From the NCBI GenBank assembly GCA_965112155.1, contig OZ218100.1: 64,000 bases of DNA; one strand, written 5' to 3'. The position numbers were made by a program, and so were the translations under genes. This document shows, piece after piece, positions 37,586-50,088 of the stretch; position 1 is the stretch's first letter, and every line of letters starts with the position of its first letter. The notes under the pieces were generated by a model. The model searched no databases, was not told the DNA's origin, and saw nothing but the letters and a program-made list of their open reading frames with translations. The stretch comes from Podarcis liolepis. Taxonomy: Eukaryota.

Positions 37586-38239
37586 TGAAACCAGTTGTTG
37601 GGAATCACAGCTGGGGAAAGCCCTGTTGTGCTCAGGGTCTGCTTGAAGGTTTTCCACTGGCATCTGGTTGGCTACTGTGAGAACAGACTGCTGGAGAGCA
37701 TGGATGTGGAGCCTGATGCATCAGACTTTTCTGATGTTCTTAGCAGGGTTGCAAAGGCTTTAAAAAAAAAAGAAATCTGCACCTTTAGTATGTTTTAATC
37801 TCTTGTTGTGACAAAGTATCTTTAAACTGAACCAGCTTTATGCCTCATTCTAGCTGCTGTTTTAATTATTTAATTATTCCAGTTTTTATCTCATTGTTTT
37901 TAATCGTATGTTTGTGTTGGGAGCTTTTTTTGAGAATCGAAATGCAAGGTAGGCATTTTCTAAAATAATTAATTTTTCCTCCCAGGAGCACTGTGGTCAC
38001 ATGCACAGCGTTCTTCAAAGCCAGAACTGGATTTGGTGTTTAGAAGGGCTCACTTTTGAGCCTCTAGTTGGTAAAGAGCCTTTCTTAACCTGACATCACT
38101 ATTTAGGCTCTCAGTGCATCTGCACCTGGGGTTCTGCTTTAGGATAGACAGAGAATGGTTCCTCTGCTTGAGGAAGCCTGAAAGTCTTATTCAGGAAATC
38201 AGCACAGTCTCAGCATTACCTCAGAGTACAGGATTAATC

Positions 38240-38706
38240 TATGACAGAGAAGGTACCTGGCTAAGAAGTAGCTGAGATGTCCCAGAACCTGACACACCTC
38301 TCCCACTCCACCTTTCAAGAACAGGGTGCGGCCATTCACCTATATGGTTCTTATCCCCATTGAGAACACTGTGCTCCCAAGTGTGTACTCCTATGGGAAT
38401 ATGCATGGCTGAGTCTGTCTGCATTGGTGCAGACAGTGGCACCTCCTTGGCAAGAGGACCTGAATCCAACCCTTGGCCTCTCCTTCTGTCTCTAATTCAG
38501 CTGGCCCTGCCAGCTCGCCAGCTTCATTTCCCTGGCTACCGTGGAAACTTTGCTCTCAGAGGTTTGAGTGGAGACTGACTCAGGTGGCTCCTCCTCCCTC
38601 TTCTGTGCTGTCCAGCAACAGTGAGGTGGAACCCTCTCCCAAGTCACCACTTGAACTTTCCCACTTCCAGCCTCTGCCTTCTCCTCCTCCTCTTCCTCCT
38701 CTGACA
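38240..38706. mobile_element. possible solo LTR (Gypsy-like)
   Basis: Ends TATGACAGAG / CTCTGACA, imperfect 4-bp flank AATC/GATC, strong strand purine skew. Confidence 0.4.
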
Positions 38707-39076
38707 GATCCTACTATCCCCCCCCCCTCTGTCCCAGTTGATGCCACAGGAACTAAGACAATAGATGTGGGGGTTAATTTGTGTTTTTATATTGTATTTT
38801 TATGTTGTGAACTGCCCTGAGATATATGGATGAAGGGCAGTATACAAATTTAATATAAACAAACAAACAAAAATGTGCAAATGGGTAACTGAGATATTGT
38901 AAATGGGTCACTGGCAACAGGTTTCTTGTGGGATTTTCACTGGAAAGGGTAAAGCAGGATTAAATCAGGGAAATAATGCCGGCTGGCATTTTCATGCTGA
39001 CAACGCCATGCAGATGGTGCAAAAAAATCGCATGCATGAGGAACACTGATCTCACCAGAACACCTATCTAGACAAA

Positions 39077-39243
39077 CTGTACTTTCTGTGTATAAGACTA
39101 TGTTTTTTTACTCTAAAATAATGTTTAAAATATGGGCTCGTCTTATACACAGATAGTATCTCCCCCCCATTTTCTTAAATCGGAGTCCCCCAAAATAGGG
39201 GACGTCTTATACATGGGGACGTCTTATAGACGGAAAAATACAG
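39077..39243. mobile_element. Tc2/pogo-like MITE
   Basis: Ends CTGTACTTTCTGTGTATAAGAC / GTCTTATAGACGGAAAAATACAG|TA; internal GTCTTATAC repeats. Confidence 0.75.
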
Positions 39244-39352
39244 TACTCAGAAACTGAGTGTGCATGTTAGGGTACCAATTGGACAGTGCCTGTATGAACT
39301 CACAAATGATGTCTCCCCATCTACTATATGGCTATGTAATACTGCACTAGTA

Positions 39353-39585
39353 CAGTGGTTAAGTACTTAATTTGTTCTGGAGGTCCATTCTTAACCTGAA
39401 ACTGTTCTTAACCTGAAGCACCACTTTAGCTAATGGGGCCTCCCGCTGCTGCCACGCCGCCGGAGCACGATTTCTGTTCTCATCCTGAAGCAAAGTTCTT
39501 AACCTGAAGCACTATTTCTGGGTTAGCAGAGTCTGTAACCTGAAGCGTATGTAACCTGAAGCATATGTAACCTGAGGTACCACTG
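39353..39585. mobile_element. Tc1/mariner MITE, same family as 14837-15070, opposite orientation
   Basis: TA|CAGTGG(deletion)TTAAG ... CCTGAGGTACCACTG|TA; repeated TAACCTGAAG. Confidence 0.85.
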
Positions 39586-42500
39586 TACCTTTGACTGGGA
39601 ACTGCAGTGTGTGTTGTTTCAAAAATATCCATGCTAAGGTTGGGGTTTTTTTAATAGAACACAAAACTACTCAAGTTCAGCTGAGCTTTGGAGCTGCCTT
39701 TCCAGAACCAGATTTGTTGTTGGTGATACGAAGTGACTGAAATGACCTGCTTGCACTCCATCCATCAAACACCTGGACAGGGAGCTTTCCACACAGTGAT
39801 CAAAGCATGGCTTGCTGTGTTGATATATTGGCGAACCTATATGGGGCTGAGCACTGGGGAGTGATAGACAAAGAGGGTTTGCTGACTACAGACAGGCACA
39901 TCTGTTTCAGGCTGACTTTCCAGATGAAGGCCGTCAATAATCAGAGCATACACGATCAGAACTGAAAAGGTTCAGATGATTTGTGCTCTCTGCTCAGTGT
40001 CTCTGCCACATGCAGTACTACCTAGTTTGGCGGGAGCCTCCTCTATAAATAAACATACACACACCTTTCTGTAAGTGGCACACCCTTCTAATTTGCAAAT
40101 CACAAGACGGCTTCCTGCCAGCCCAGTCTCTTAAACAAAGCATAGGCACCTTTATAGTGCCATATGTCATGGCTTGTGACACTGTCAGAAATCAGAGCAC
40201 TGTATCCTAGGCAAAGATAACAAAGACCAAGTGTGGGGGGGGGGGACGGAGATGTGCAAGCAAAAAGACATGTGTGATGAGGAAAAGAACAGAGCTGCCA
40301 ACTTTTTAACTAGCCATGGTATCATCTAGATTTGCATATATCTTGGTATTTTCTTGCATTCTGAGTTGCCCTTAACAGTAGCAGCCAACTGGTTAAAAAG
40401 TTCACTGCATTTTCTGCCCCCCCCCACTGCAAAAGAGTTTGCAGAACTTCAAAGCACCAAATGCCCCGATATCATTTGTAATGTCAGCTGACTGACCACT
40501 GGGCAGCCCTGCCCACCCATCAAATTTGGGCTGTGAGGCAGATCCTGATAAGGTAAATTGAGGGAAAATGTAGACCCAGAGCTCCATTCAGTGCCCCTGC
40601 TGGGCTGCTTGCCAGTAGAGTGGGCCCACAGTTCCAGTGGACTGCTTTACCAAGGCTTCCAAAACTTATCCCTGGGCTTGATATAAAGGAGTATTTGCAG
40701 GCCGAAAAAATGAGGGAGCAGCAAGGAAGATGAATCCCCTTCATGAGTTATTTTCCTATTTCCAGTTGCCTCCAAGCTGCTTTCTTCTCCATAGGTTTCC
40801 AGATATTTATTTATAAGGGTACATTCACAGATTTAATCCAGTTAAGGTGATGCAGGGGAAGAAATTGAGAACAAATTGGGATGGAAAATCAGCCAGTGGG
40901 ACACCAACATACCCTCCAACATGCTGAGTCCCAAAACGGGGATGTGTGTCTTCCCATCCATGTTGCTGAATAAATCATGTGATCATGGAGTCCTACAAAC
41001 AAGCTATTTTCAGGGCTGTGCTCTCACAGCACCCCAAAATGTGTGTTTTGGGGCATTGCGTGAGATCGTCGCCTTCCAAAAAGAGCTTTCTTCAAGGCAA
41101 TATCTCAGTGTGAAATCACAGCATCCCAAATGGCTGCCATGCTCTTGCAGGAAAAATGTCCTGGTTTTTCCGGGACACTTTTGGGATATGCACCAATGTC
41201 ATTCCTCCACTCAAAGAAACACACAGAAACACCTGTTGGGACTTTGTTGCATCGATTTGCATGTAATGTTTAGTTTGTCCTTGATCCTCATACAACAGGC
41301 TGCTACTACATTTTTATGCTGTTAACTGCCCTATGATCTTTGAACTAAGGGTGGTATAGAAATTTAATATGTAAATTAAATTAATAAATACCACTGACAA
41401 AGTTCCAGCACTTAAGGCCCATCCATAGGGGCCTTCCATTGGGGTTTATTCAGTTATTTTATAAAGTCTATTAATGCTGCGGTTACATGTTTATGAAGGC
41501 CATGAAATGATTTGCCAGTTGGAATTAGGCAGCAATTTGTATGAGAAACTGGCAGTGGTGTGAAAGGCAGCCATGGTTGATGGTTCCCTATGGGTACCAA
41601 CGAGCTAGGGAAATTCAAGCATCTTTCAAGGCCATCTCTCAGTCAACCCTTGAGTGTGAGGTAAGTTTCATGTTCTTATTAATTTCATCAGAATATGATT
41701 GGTACTGGCTATCAGAGTGTTAGGCAACCAATCACGGGCCTTACCTCCTAGCAGAAATGGTGGGAAAATTGACAACTTTTCACCTTCTGTAAGGATAACA
41801 AACATTTGCTCTCGCCTGGATTCCCTGAGACAGTCCAGATGGAATTGTAGATGATGGAGGTCGTGTCCCTATGGAGGGTACCTCCTGCTTCATACAGTAA
41901 ACTTTGGAATCTACCCATTAATATGCCTTAATTTAAAACAAATAAGCACATAGCCAAATTTGGTTCACACAGGCTCTGTGTTTGTGCAGCGTTTACAGCG
42001 TCAGGCTTCAGACAGCAGAAACTTCAGCCCTGGCCTTGGCTCAGCCTCCGCTCATATGAGGAATGTGAGACCTGATTGTGAAATCTGAGCTCAGCACTGA
42101 GAACCGCATTAGGTACCTTTCCTGTATCCTCTGTGAACACCCTTTTATATATATAACAAACAAAGCACATGTAAAACGATTCTTCACCGGCCCACATCCA
42201 CACCCAGCTGACTACAGCATTTCCTAATTAGGTTATACTCAATCTTTATAATGGCCTGTTAGTAATAGATGTGGTACTAGAGGGTAATGATAATCTCCGT
42301 TGATATTATTCACTTCCCAGGAATGTAGGGCAGAAGCTGCTCTGCTGGCTTCAGCAGAGAACAATGGAAGAGAAGCGAACCAATAAAGCAGCTATGTCAT
42401 CTTCTCTGGGCTGTGCAAATCCATGTTTGCTCTGTGATGTCTGACAAGCAGGAGGAGGAGGATAAAAATAATAACAATAATAGTTTGTAAAACCACCCTT

Positions 42501-44175
42501 CGCTGTGATGCCGCAAGAATTTGGGAAGCTCTTTAAAAAGTTCACCGACTCAGGCAATGAAGATCTGGAATTGCCTGCTGTATTAAGAGAGTTGGAAGTC
42601 ATGAATGGCTTCCTCTTACGTTTTTACAATGAAAGCAAAAATGAGCTAATATAAATAATTGTGGGCTAAACCCCAAGAATATTTTTATTCCAAATTAAAG
42701 ACAGCAAAGAGCCCCATTATTCATTCCAGATACCAAGTGCTTTCAATTTACCCATGAAATCAGTTGATACTGAAAGTTCCTCTCAACACCTTGTAGAACT
42801 GGGCCCCCAGCATATTAAAGATGAGTGCATTTTTAAAAATGGTGCTTTCAAAACTTAACCAAAGGAAAATAGTCTGTTTACTGTTTATAAAGTTCTCCTG
42901 TGAGCCATCCAATATAAGAGGGACTTGTAATGGCGTTCCTAGCTTGTGTCTCAGTAAAAGGATCTGTTCCTTTATGCAGAGTTGGGGGAGGAATCAACAA
43001 CCTTGCATCAAACATTCCTTGAAGATGTACAAAAATAGTACATCTTATGCACTTAAATAGTACCCTAAGCATTTAAAAGGTTTTGTTGCCCCCATATATC
43101 ACATCTAATTCAAAATTTAAACACTAATAAAACATTAACATTATTAATAAAATATTAATAAAATTCTATTTTTTGAAATGAAACGAAACCTAGGCACAGT
43201 AAAATGGAAAACGATGTTTGTTTTTGCATACTTCCACTGTATTAATATCTGAAACATTTCCTCCTACTTTTTCTAATTGCAAAGTACTTGATCAGATCCT
43301 CAAAACTAACCTTCTGTAGTTTCTGTGGTGCCCCACTTCCCTTGAAGCCCGAAGCACGTGCTTGTTTTGCTTAACGGTTAATCTAGCCCTGGTCTTATGA
43401 CTTATGCGGTCAGTCATTTTTGTGGAAGTGAGTATCAACTTGGAATGCTAGTTATAGGCAGAATCAAGCTGGGAATGTAGCATGATAGGCAAAGCACACC
43501 AAGGCTCCAATGAATAGTAATCAGATGCAGCGCAGAGTTAAACAATGGAGCTTGCTCTCCCAGGAGACAGTAATAGCACTAACTTGGTTGACTTTAAAAG
43601 ATCAGACAAATTCATGGAGGATAGGTCTACCAGTGCCTACTAGCCTGATGGCTATGCTCTGTCTCCCTGGTTGGAGGCAGTATATGTCTGAATACCAGTT
43701 GCTAGAAACTGCAGGGATGGGGACTGCTCATGTGCTTGCGTCCTGCTTGCAGGCTTCCCACAGGCATCTCGCTGGCTACTATGAGACCATGATGCTGGAC
43801 TAGATGGGTCATGGACCTGATCCAGCAGGCTCTTCTTATGTTCTTAATACTGCTGGCAAGAAGGGCAAGGAGAGACTATCTACTCCACAACACTGCTGAT
43901 TAATCCACACCATTCAGAATCTACACTGTGCCATAAGTGCAGGAGCCAAGATGTTAAAGGTGCCTCTAGGGCAAAAATGTAGCAATACACATGCAGATAC
44001 TATAGGTTACAGCGAAAGCAGAGGTAACCCACACCCTAAAATGAGGACCGCCCAATCTACCCTGGCAAAACAGTATTCCCAATTCCAAATACGATAATTG
44101 GATCTGCATGTAAAAGTAAAACAAATCTATTCCATTTCCCAAGAAAACTACTATTTGAGTTTGACCCACATCCTA

Positions 44176-44479
44176 GGGCTCATCCCCCACTTTTGTTCCA
44201 CATTTTCTAGGCACAGGTCCACACTTTCCCAGTCGGTGTCCAAGTGCTTTTTTATTTTTTCGGTCCCATCGCTTTCCCCAGGAAAACCCACTCTCTACTG
44301 CTGAATCAAAACAAATGGCAATTCAGGTTTTCCATGGATTGCCATTTGCTCCGATTCAACAGTAGAGAGTGGGTTTTCACCAGAAAAGTGCCAGGGCAAA
44401 GACAAAAGCTGTTGGAAATGGCCTGCAAAGCCCAGACCTGTGCCTACAAATGTGGAGCAAGATAAGCGTGGATGAGCCC
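44176..44479. mobile_element. fold-back MITE (PIF/Harbinger-like; relative at ~12147-12420)
   Basis: GGGCTCATCC...GGATGAGCCC ends with nested inverted arms (taggcacaggtc/gacctgtgccta; gaaaacccactctctactg/cagtagagagtgggttttc). Confidence 0.75.
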
Positions 44480-47283
44480 CCATAAACAGTCCAGTGTGCT
44501 TTGGCTTCCCCAGTATATGTATTTGCAGGAAAACACAACTGACCGTTGCTTTCACAGGAAGACAGTGTGCACATTTTTCTTTCATTGACATAGTCGCCAA
44601 GCAGAAAAATAAATAAATCTTGAGCTGGAATTGCTTAGTGATAAATGTCACTACAAGTTAATTCCTCATTTTGGACCAAAACAATTTGGAGTTTGGTAGT
44701 TGTTATGCATACAAGAGATTCTGGAAGCAGAGTGATTGTAAAAGCAGCGAGAGAAACAGCCTAGGTCTCTGGATGCAGTTGATTCTTAGGGCATTCACAT
44801 TCTCTGGAAATCGTGATTACATTCCAGAAGAGAACTGCACGTATAAAGCCAAGGATCACTTCTGCAACAGAACCATTTACTTTGAACAACATTTGCTTGA
44901 AGCTACTCCTCCAAACCATCCCACACCTATTTGCCCTGCAATGGAAAGCTGTTCAGGAAGCAGCATGTCAACTTGCACTATTACTTGCAAAGGGGCAATA
45001 TAACACCGCAGCTGGGTAAAGTCCAAGAATTTAATGTGCCAGAATGTTTGTACAGTAACATATTTTTCATTTAAGTTGCTCTGAATGTGAAAAGAAAAGC
45101 CAGTTTCCTTTTGGGCAAGCTACAAATTTCCTCCTTCTTCCATCTCTGTGGAAACAAAAAGGAAGATAATATCACTGAAAACTAAAGTCTCAGGAGATCA
45201 ATGGCAATATAATGAGATTCTAAAACTGGGTTTATAGTCTGCCAAGAAAATTTTCAAGCTGTGCTCTAGGTATTCAGTTTAATATCCCTCTGTGAGAGTT
45301 CCCCACTACCATAATCAGAACTAACCACATTTATTTGGACTCACATTTAATAATTTCAAAAATTAAAAGAATGTAGATGAAATCCAGATTAGAATTTTCT
45401 CATTTTGAAAAGCAGTGGAACATACTTCCCACTCAGATAAATGATAACAACTTTTACGTACAATCTACGTATGCCAGTGTTCAACACTGCTTGGTCAACA
45501 ATTAATAACATTTCCCTCCCAGTTAGCTTCTAAGCCATATCCCAATGCAATTTCCTTTAGGAAACTCAGGTGTTCTCATGCTCAGGGTTGCTATAACTGA
45601 GGATGATAAAGAATTTTTCACCAGGTCAAATCTGGATGGAACCCTGGTGAATTTTCGTCTTCCCCCTACAGTGCCCAGTTTGACTTGTTTCACAAGCAGA
45701 GCTTAGATTTCCAGGTGCCAGATAAAAAAATTATGAGTCAATATCACTCTTGGTCTTGAGTCATGCGCAAGTTATCTGATCACTAAACTGCTTTCCTCTT
45801 GCTCTTTGCTTGCTTGCTTGGTCTGGGCTGTGTAGAGTAGACTGAATGACGGGCAGATGACCCAAAGAAGGTAGAAACAGATACCAAAAGAGAGGTGAGC
45901 CTCAAATGTGCTATGAAACCTTTTACTAGAGAAGAACTTTGCTAGGCCTGATGACAAATTATGACCACAATGTGTAACTCTTTATTAGAGGCAGTAGTCA
46001 TTTCCTATCTCCTGCATGGGCTGTTTCACAGCATGTTTTCAGATTCCTCTCTCCTTTTGTGGGATCTGGCTAGATCGCCCAACCTTTTGGCAGAAATTTA
46101 GAGCAGAGAGCTTTTGAGGATCTGCCAAGACCAAACAATCAACTCCATCTTATGAGAATGATGCCTACAACCCCTTTTATCAGATGTGGCCCCAGTAATC
46201 ACTGCTTTGTTACCTTATAAGGCTGGGCAACTGCAATATGCTTTACAGGGCATGCCCTCTACAATGCAAATTTAAACTGGCTACAAAACCTATTTAATTT
46301 TCACGGAACTTTAAGTTCTCTTATGGTGCTGCAAGAGTGGTAATTATAGAAGCACTGATGAGCTGAAGACCACCATTATTCTCAATGTAATGAGCATTTT
46401 TCAAGTACTATAATATGCAGAAATGGCTTTTTAAAATAAATGGTAGTAGGTTTTATTGGAACCACAAACATTTCAAAGTGTGTGTCTCAAGTTTCCATGT
46501 ATTATATCTCCACAGTAATGTCTGCTCTGGAAGTTGCACGGCAAAGTTGGCAAGCGTATAGTCTGAAGCTTGCATATTTCCCCTGTTAAAGTACATAAAC
46601 TGGAAGTGTGAGGCACTCATGCATCTGCTTGCTGATATTTCTGGTAAAGCACAGTGTGTCAATAAAATTATTTGCATACAACTTAAGTTCTCTGATTTCC
46701 CTAGCTGGAAACGAAGGAATTTGTATTATAGAGATGAATTGTTCTTTGATTATTTGCAAGCTCAAGGTGGCACCAAGTACAGCATACTGTCTTTAGACAA
46801 GGGAAAGTACCTGAAAAAAGATAACATTCATGCCTCTTTATCTGCAATACCATACTTTTACCCTCCGGGCACAATTTAAGGTTCTTTTCCTTTAACCTCT
46901 AACATCATTACTGACTGAAACTCAACATTCACTAGCTGACTCCTCCCTTACATCATATCAATATGAATTCAGGAACCTATTTCCTTAAAGTTTTATCAGC
47001 TGTGCAGCAGCTGAAAACAACTAGATCATGTAGAGAGGAATTCTTGGTGGCTGCTCCAGGAAGATCAAAGCCCAATATGTATTTTGGGGGCGTTGTTAAT
47101 CTTTCCCTTTTAGAAGGAAAGATTTTTACAGGCTGTGGTTTAAGCTGTTAGATGGCTGGGCATTTTGGCACCTAATATGTATTACATGTTTGAACTGATT
47201 TTAGAAGACCATAATTTATTTTCCAGTGTATTTTATATTAACGGGACATGTTATACTGTTGTTTTTTATAATCTGTATTTTTT

Positions 47284-47285
<2 letters not shown>

Positions 47286-47330
<45 letters not shown>
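47286..47330. repeat. (AT)n microsatellite
   Basis: Direct reading. Confidence 0.95.
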
Positions 47331-47334
<4 letters not shown>

Positions 47335-47469
47335 TAGGGGATGTAAAGTTTTATGTACATGTGTATGTTTAGGGAAGGGTCATAGCTCTGTGATATAACA
47401 TCTGCTTTGAATGCAGAAGGTCCCAGGTTCAATACCCAACATCTCCAAGTAGTGGTGAGAAAGAGTCTT

Positions 47470-47800
47470 TCATAGAATTGTAGAGTTGGAAGGGATCCCA
47501 AGGGTCATCTAGTCCAACCCCCTGCAATGCAGGAATCTCAGCTAAAGCATCCATGACAGATGGCCATCCATCTGCTTAAAAACCTCCAAGGAAGGAGAGT
47601 CCACAACTTCCCAAGGGAGACCATTCCACTGACAAACAGGTCTTACTGTCAGAACGTTTTTCCATATGTTTAGTTGGAATCTCTTTATTGTAACTTGTAG
47701 CCATTGGTTCGAGTCTACTCTCCAGAACAAGAGAAAACAAGCTTGCTCCATCTTCAATGTGACAGCCCTTGAGATATTTGAAGATGGCTGTCATATCTCC
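47470..47800 (-). mobile_element. CR1 3' end inserted into a tRNA-derived SINE (47378-47875)
   Basis: Frameshifted ORF2 C-terminus GDMTAIFKYLKGCHIEDG / WNGLPWEVVDSPSLEVFKQ; the SINE head precedes it and the SINE body resumes after it. Confidence 0.9.
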
Positions 47801-48608
47801 CCAGAAGCCCTGGAGAGCCACTGCCAGTCAGTGTAGACAATGTTAAGCTAGATTTGGAATAAGGCATCTTCCTATTTAAAATCTGTTTTTATGTCTGTAA
47901 GGTGTATATGTGCATGTGTGCTTGTGCTTAAGGTTTGCACTTGGCATACATACATTATGTGAAAATATTTATCAAAAATGCGTTGGTCTAAGTAAGGTCT
48001 GTAACATATTTCATATTTGCAATCCATTTACATTTGATACTAGGCTATCATCAGTGCCAAATGTAACATATTTTGAAAAGCGAGCCTTTAATAAAACTGT
48101 CAAAAGTGTACTGTTAAGTCCAAGTGACTGCCAACAGAAACTTCTGAAAGGATGTCATTGGAAGGAAAGAAACAATGCTGGGTTTAGAAGTATCCATGGT
48201 ACTTGTAAAAGTTTCTAACATTATTTATAGATTTCCTATCCACTGACCAGCTAGATTGCCAACAACTGTTCTTGTTGTTCTTTAGCGTTCAGTTAAAACC
48301 ATTGTTATTCCCCTTAAATTGACAGGCCATTTCCTTTGTTTGGCATTTGAAGGCGGGGGGAGGCTTGGACATATATCTGAAATATATCCATAGAGACAAG
48401 AATGTTTATAGAATCGCATGTGTCAAAACCTTGATTCAGCATTAACTACATTACTCTTGTGAATGCCTTTTCATAAAGCGTGCCTCCAATAAACACAGAG
48501 AATGTGTTTTAAAATTCCCCATCAGTACTGTTTCCCTGCCATATCTTTTGTTGAGCTACATTTGCCCACAATACAAGCCAAAAACATACTAGAAAGCAGC
48601 AGTTAGAC

Positions 48609-48930
48609 CAGGGGTAGGCAACCTAAGGTCCGTGGGCCGGATGTGGCCCAACTGCCTTCTCAAACCGGCCCACAGACGGTCTGGGAATCAGCATGGTTTT
48701 TACATGAGTAGAATGTGTCCTTTATCTAAAATGCATCTCTGGGTTTTTGTGGGGCTTGCCTGGTGTTTTTTTACATGTGTAGAATGTGTGCTTTTATTTA
48801 GAATGTATCTCTGGGTAATTTGTGGGGTATAGGAATTCGTTCATTCCCCCCTCCCCAATATAGCCTGGCCCACCACATGGTCTGATGGACGGTGGACCGG
48901 CCCACGGCTGAAAAAGGTTGCTGACCCCTG
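48609..48930. mobile_element. hAT (Charlie-type) MITE
   Basis: TIRs CAGGGGTAGGCAACCT / AGGTTGCTGACCCCTG; perfect 8-bp TSD AGTTAGAC (48601-48608, 48931-48938). Confidence 0.92.
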
Positions 48931-49769
48931 AGTTAGACCTTTGTTAAAGAGACCTACTTGAGAGAACCATTGTCATTTCTAAACTGCTGTTCCTGAGCAA
49001 GATTCCTGAGCCCATTGTATGAAAATTGTGTAAGGGCACAATCAGGGCCAGCTGCAGGTTTGAGAAGGATCCTGGTGGGCCCCGGAAGCCTTACCTGGTG
49101 ACAGCAGGTGGGCAGCACGGAAAACAATACCAGGTTCCTGGGTCTAAACACCATTTTGATTTCCTATAATGCTCCCCCCAGTAGTGTCCTTCTGGGGCAC
49201 TGTGGGAAATTAAAATGGTGGTTTGACTCAGCTGTCCAGCTCCACTGAGAGTTCCAGGCACAGAAAACATTTTTAAGAGGACTCAGGGCAATAATAGGCC
49301 CTGCCAGCTGCCCAAGAAGGCTGGATGCTGATTTTGGCTCTGGGCAGTGGCATTGCGTGGGTGGCCAGCACCCAAAACAAGGCAAGTATCCTTGGCACTG
49401 CCCACCAATAGTTGGAATGAAGGGGCAACAGCTTGACCTACTCATGTGGCAGCCCCCGTGAGTGAACAGCCCAGCAGAGAGTGGGACAGAGAATTGGTCG
49501 GGAACAGGTATCTTTCTAAAGCCCTACAGAGGGTGTCCTAGCAACTGGCCATCAAATCCACTCCTCAGTTCACCCACATAAACATTGGGAGATTTTCTCT
49601 GCGAGGAGGAAGGAACACTATTTTTATTTATTATTACTTCTTTCTTTCTTTCTTTGAAAATATGCTCCCCTAAGAATTTTGTGTACAGGGCAACCACCCC
49701 GTGGCCCTGCCCATGCTATGCCACTGGCTCTGGGTATGAAACCTGAAGAAGGAAGGAAGGAAGGTAGGT

Positions 49770-50088
49770 AGGTAAAGGGACCCCTGACCGTTAGGTCTAG
49801 TCGCGGACGAATCCTGGGTCACGGCGCTCATCTCACTTTACTGGCCGAGGGAGCCAGCGTACAGCATGTGGCCAGCATGACTAAGTCACTTCTGGTGAAC
49901 CAGAGCAGCACACGGAAATGCCATTTACCTTCCCGCTGGAGCGGTACCTATTTATCTACTTGCACTTTGACATGCTTTCAAACTGCTAGGTTGGCAAGAG
50001 CTGGGACCGAACAACAGGAGCTCACCACATCACGGGGATTCGAACCACCACCCTTCTGATCGCCAAGCCCTAGGCTCTGTGGGTTTAA
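49770..50088 (-). mobile_element. Sauria SINE (minus strand)
   Basis: Reverse complement of 54803-55152; tail runs into (AAGG)n/(TAGG)n at ~49748-49775. Confidence 0.9.

Noticed and set aside
45836-45894. Plus-strand exon candidate with branch point and GTGAGC donor
   Set aside because: Stops in all three frames from the first acceptors; at best non-coding and unsupported.
46335-46380. CTGATGA as a possible conserved amniote hammerhead (also ~24994)
   Set aside because: No GAAA core or helix II/III in the right register.
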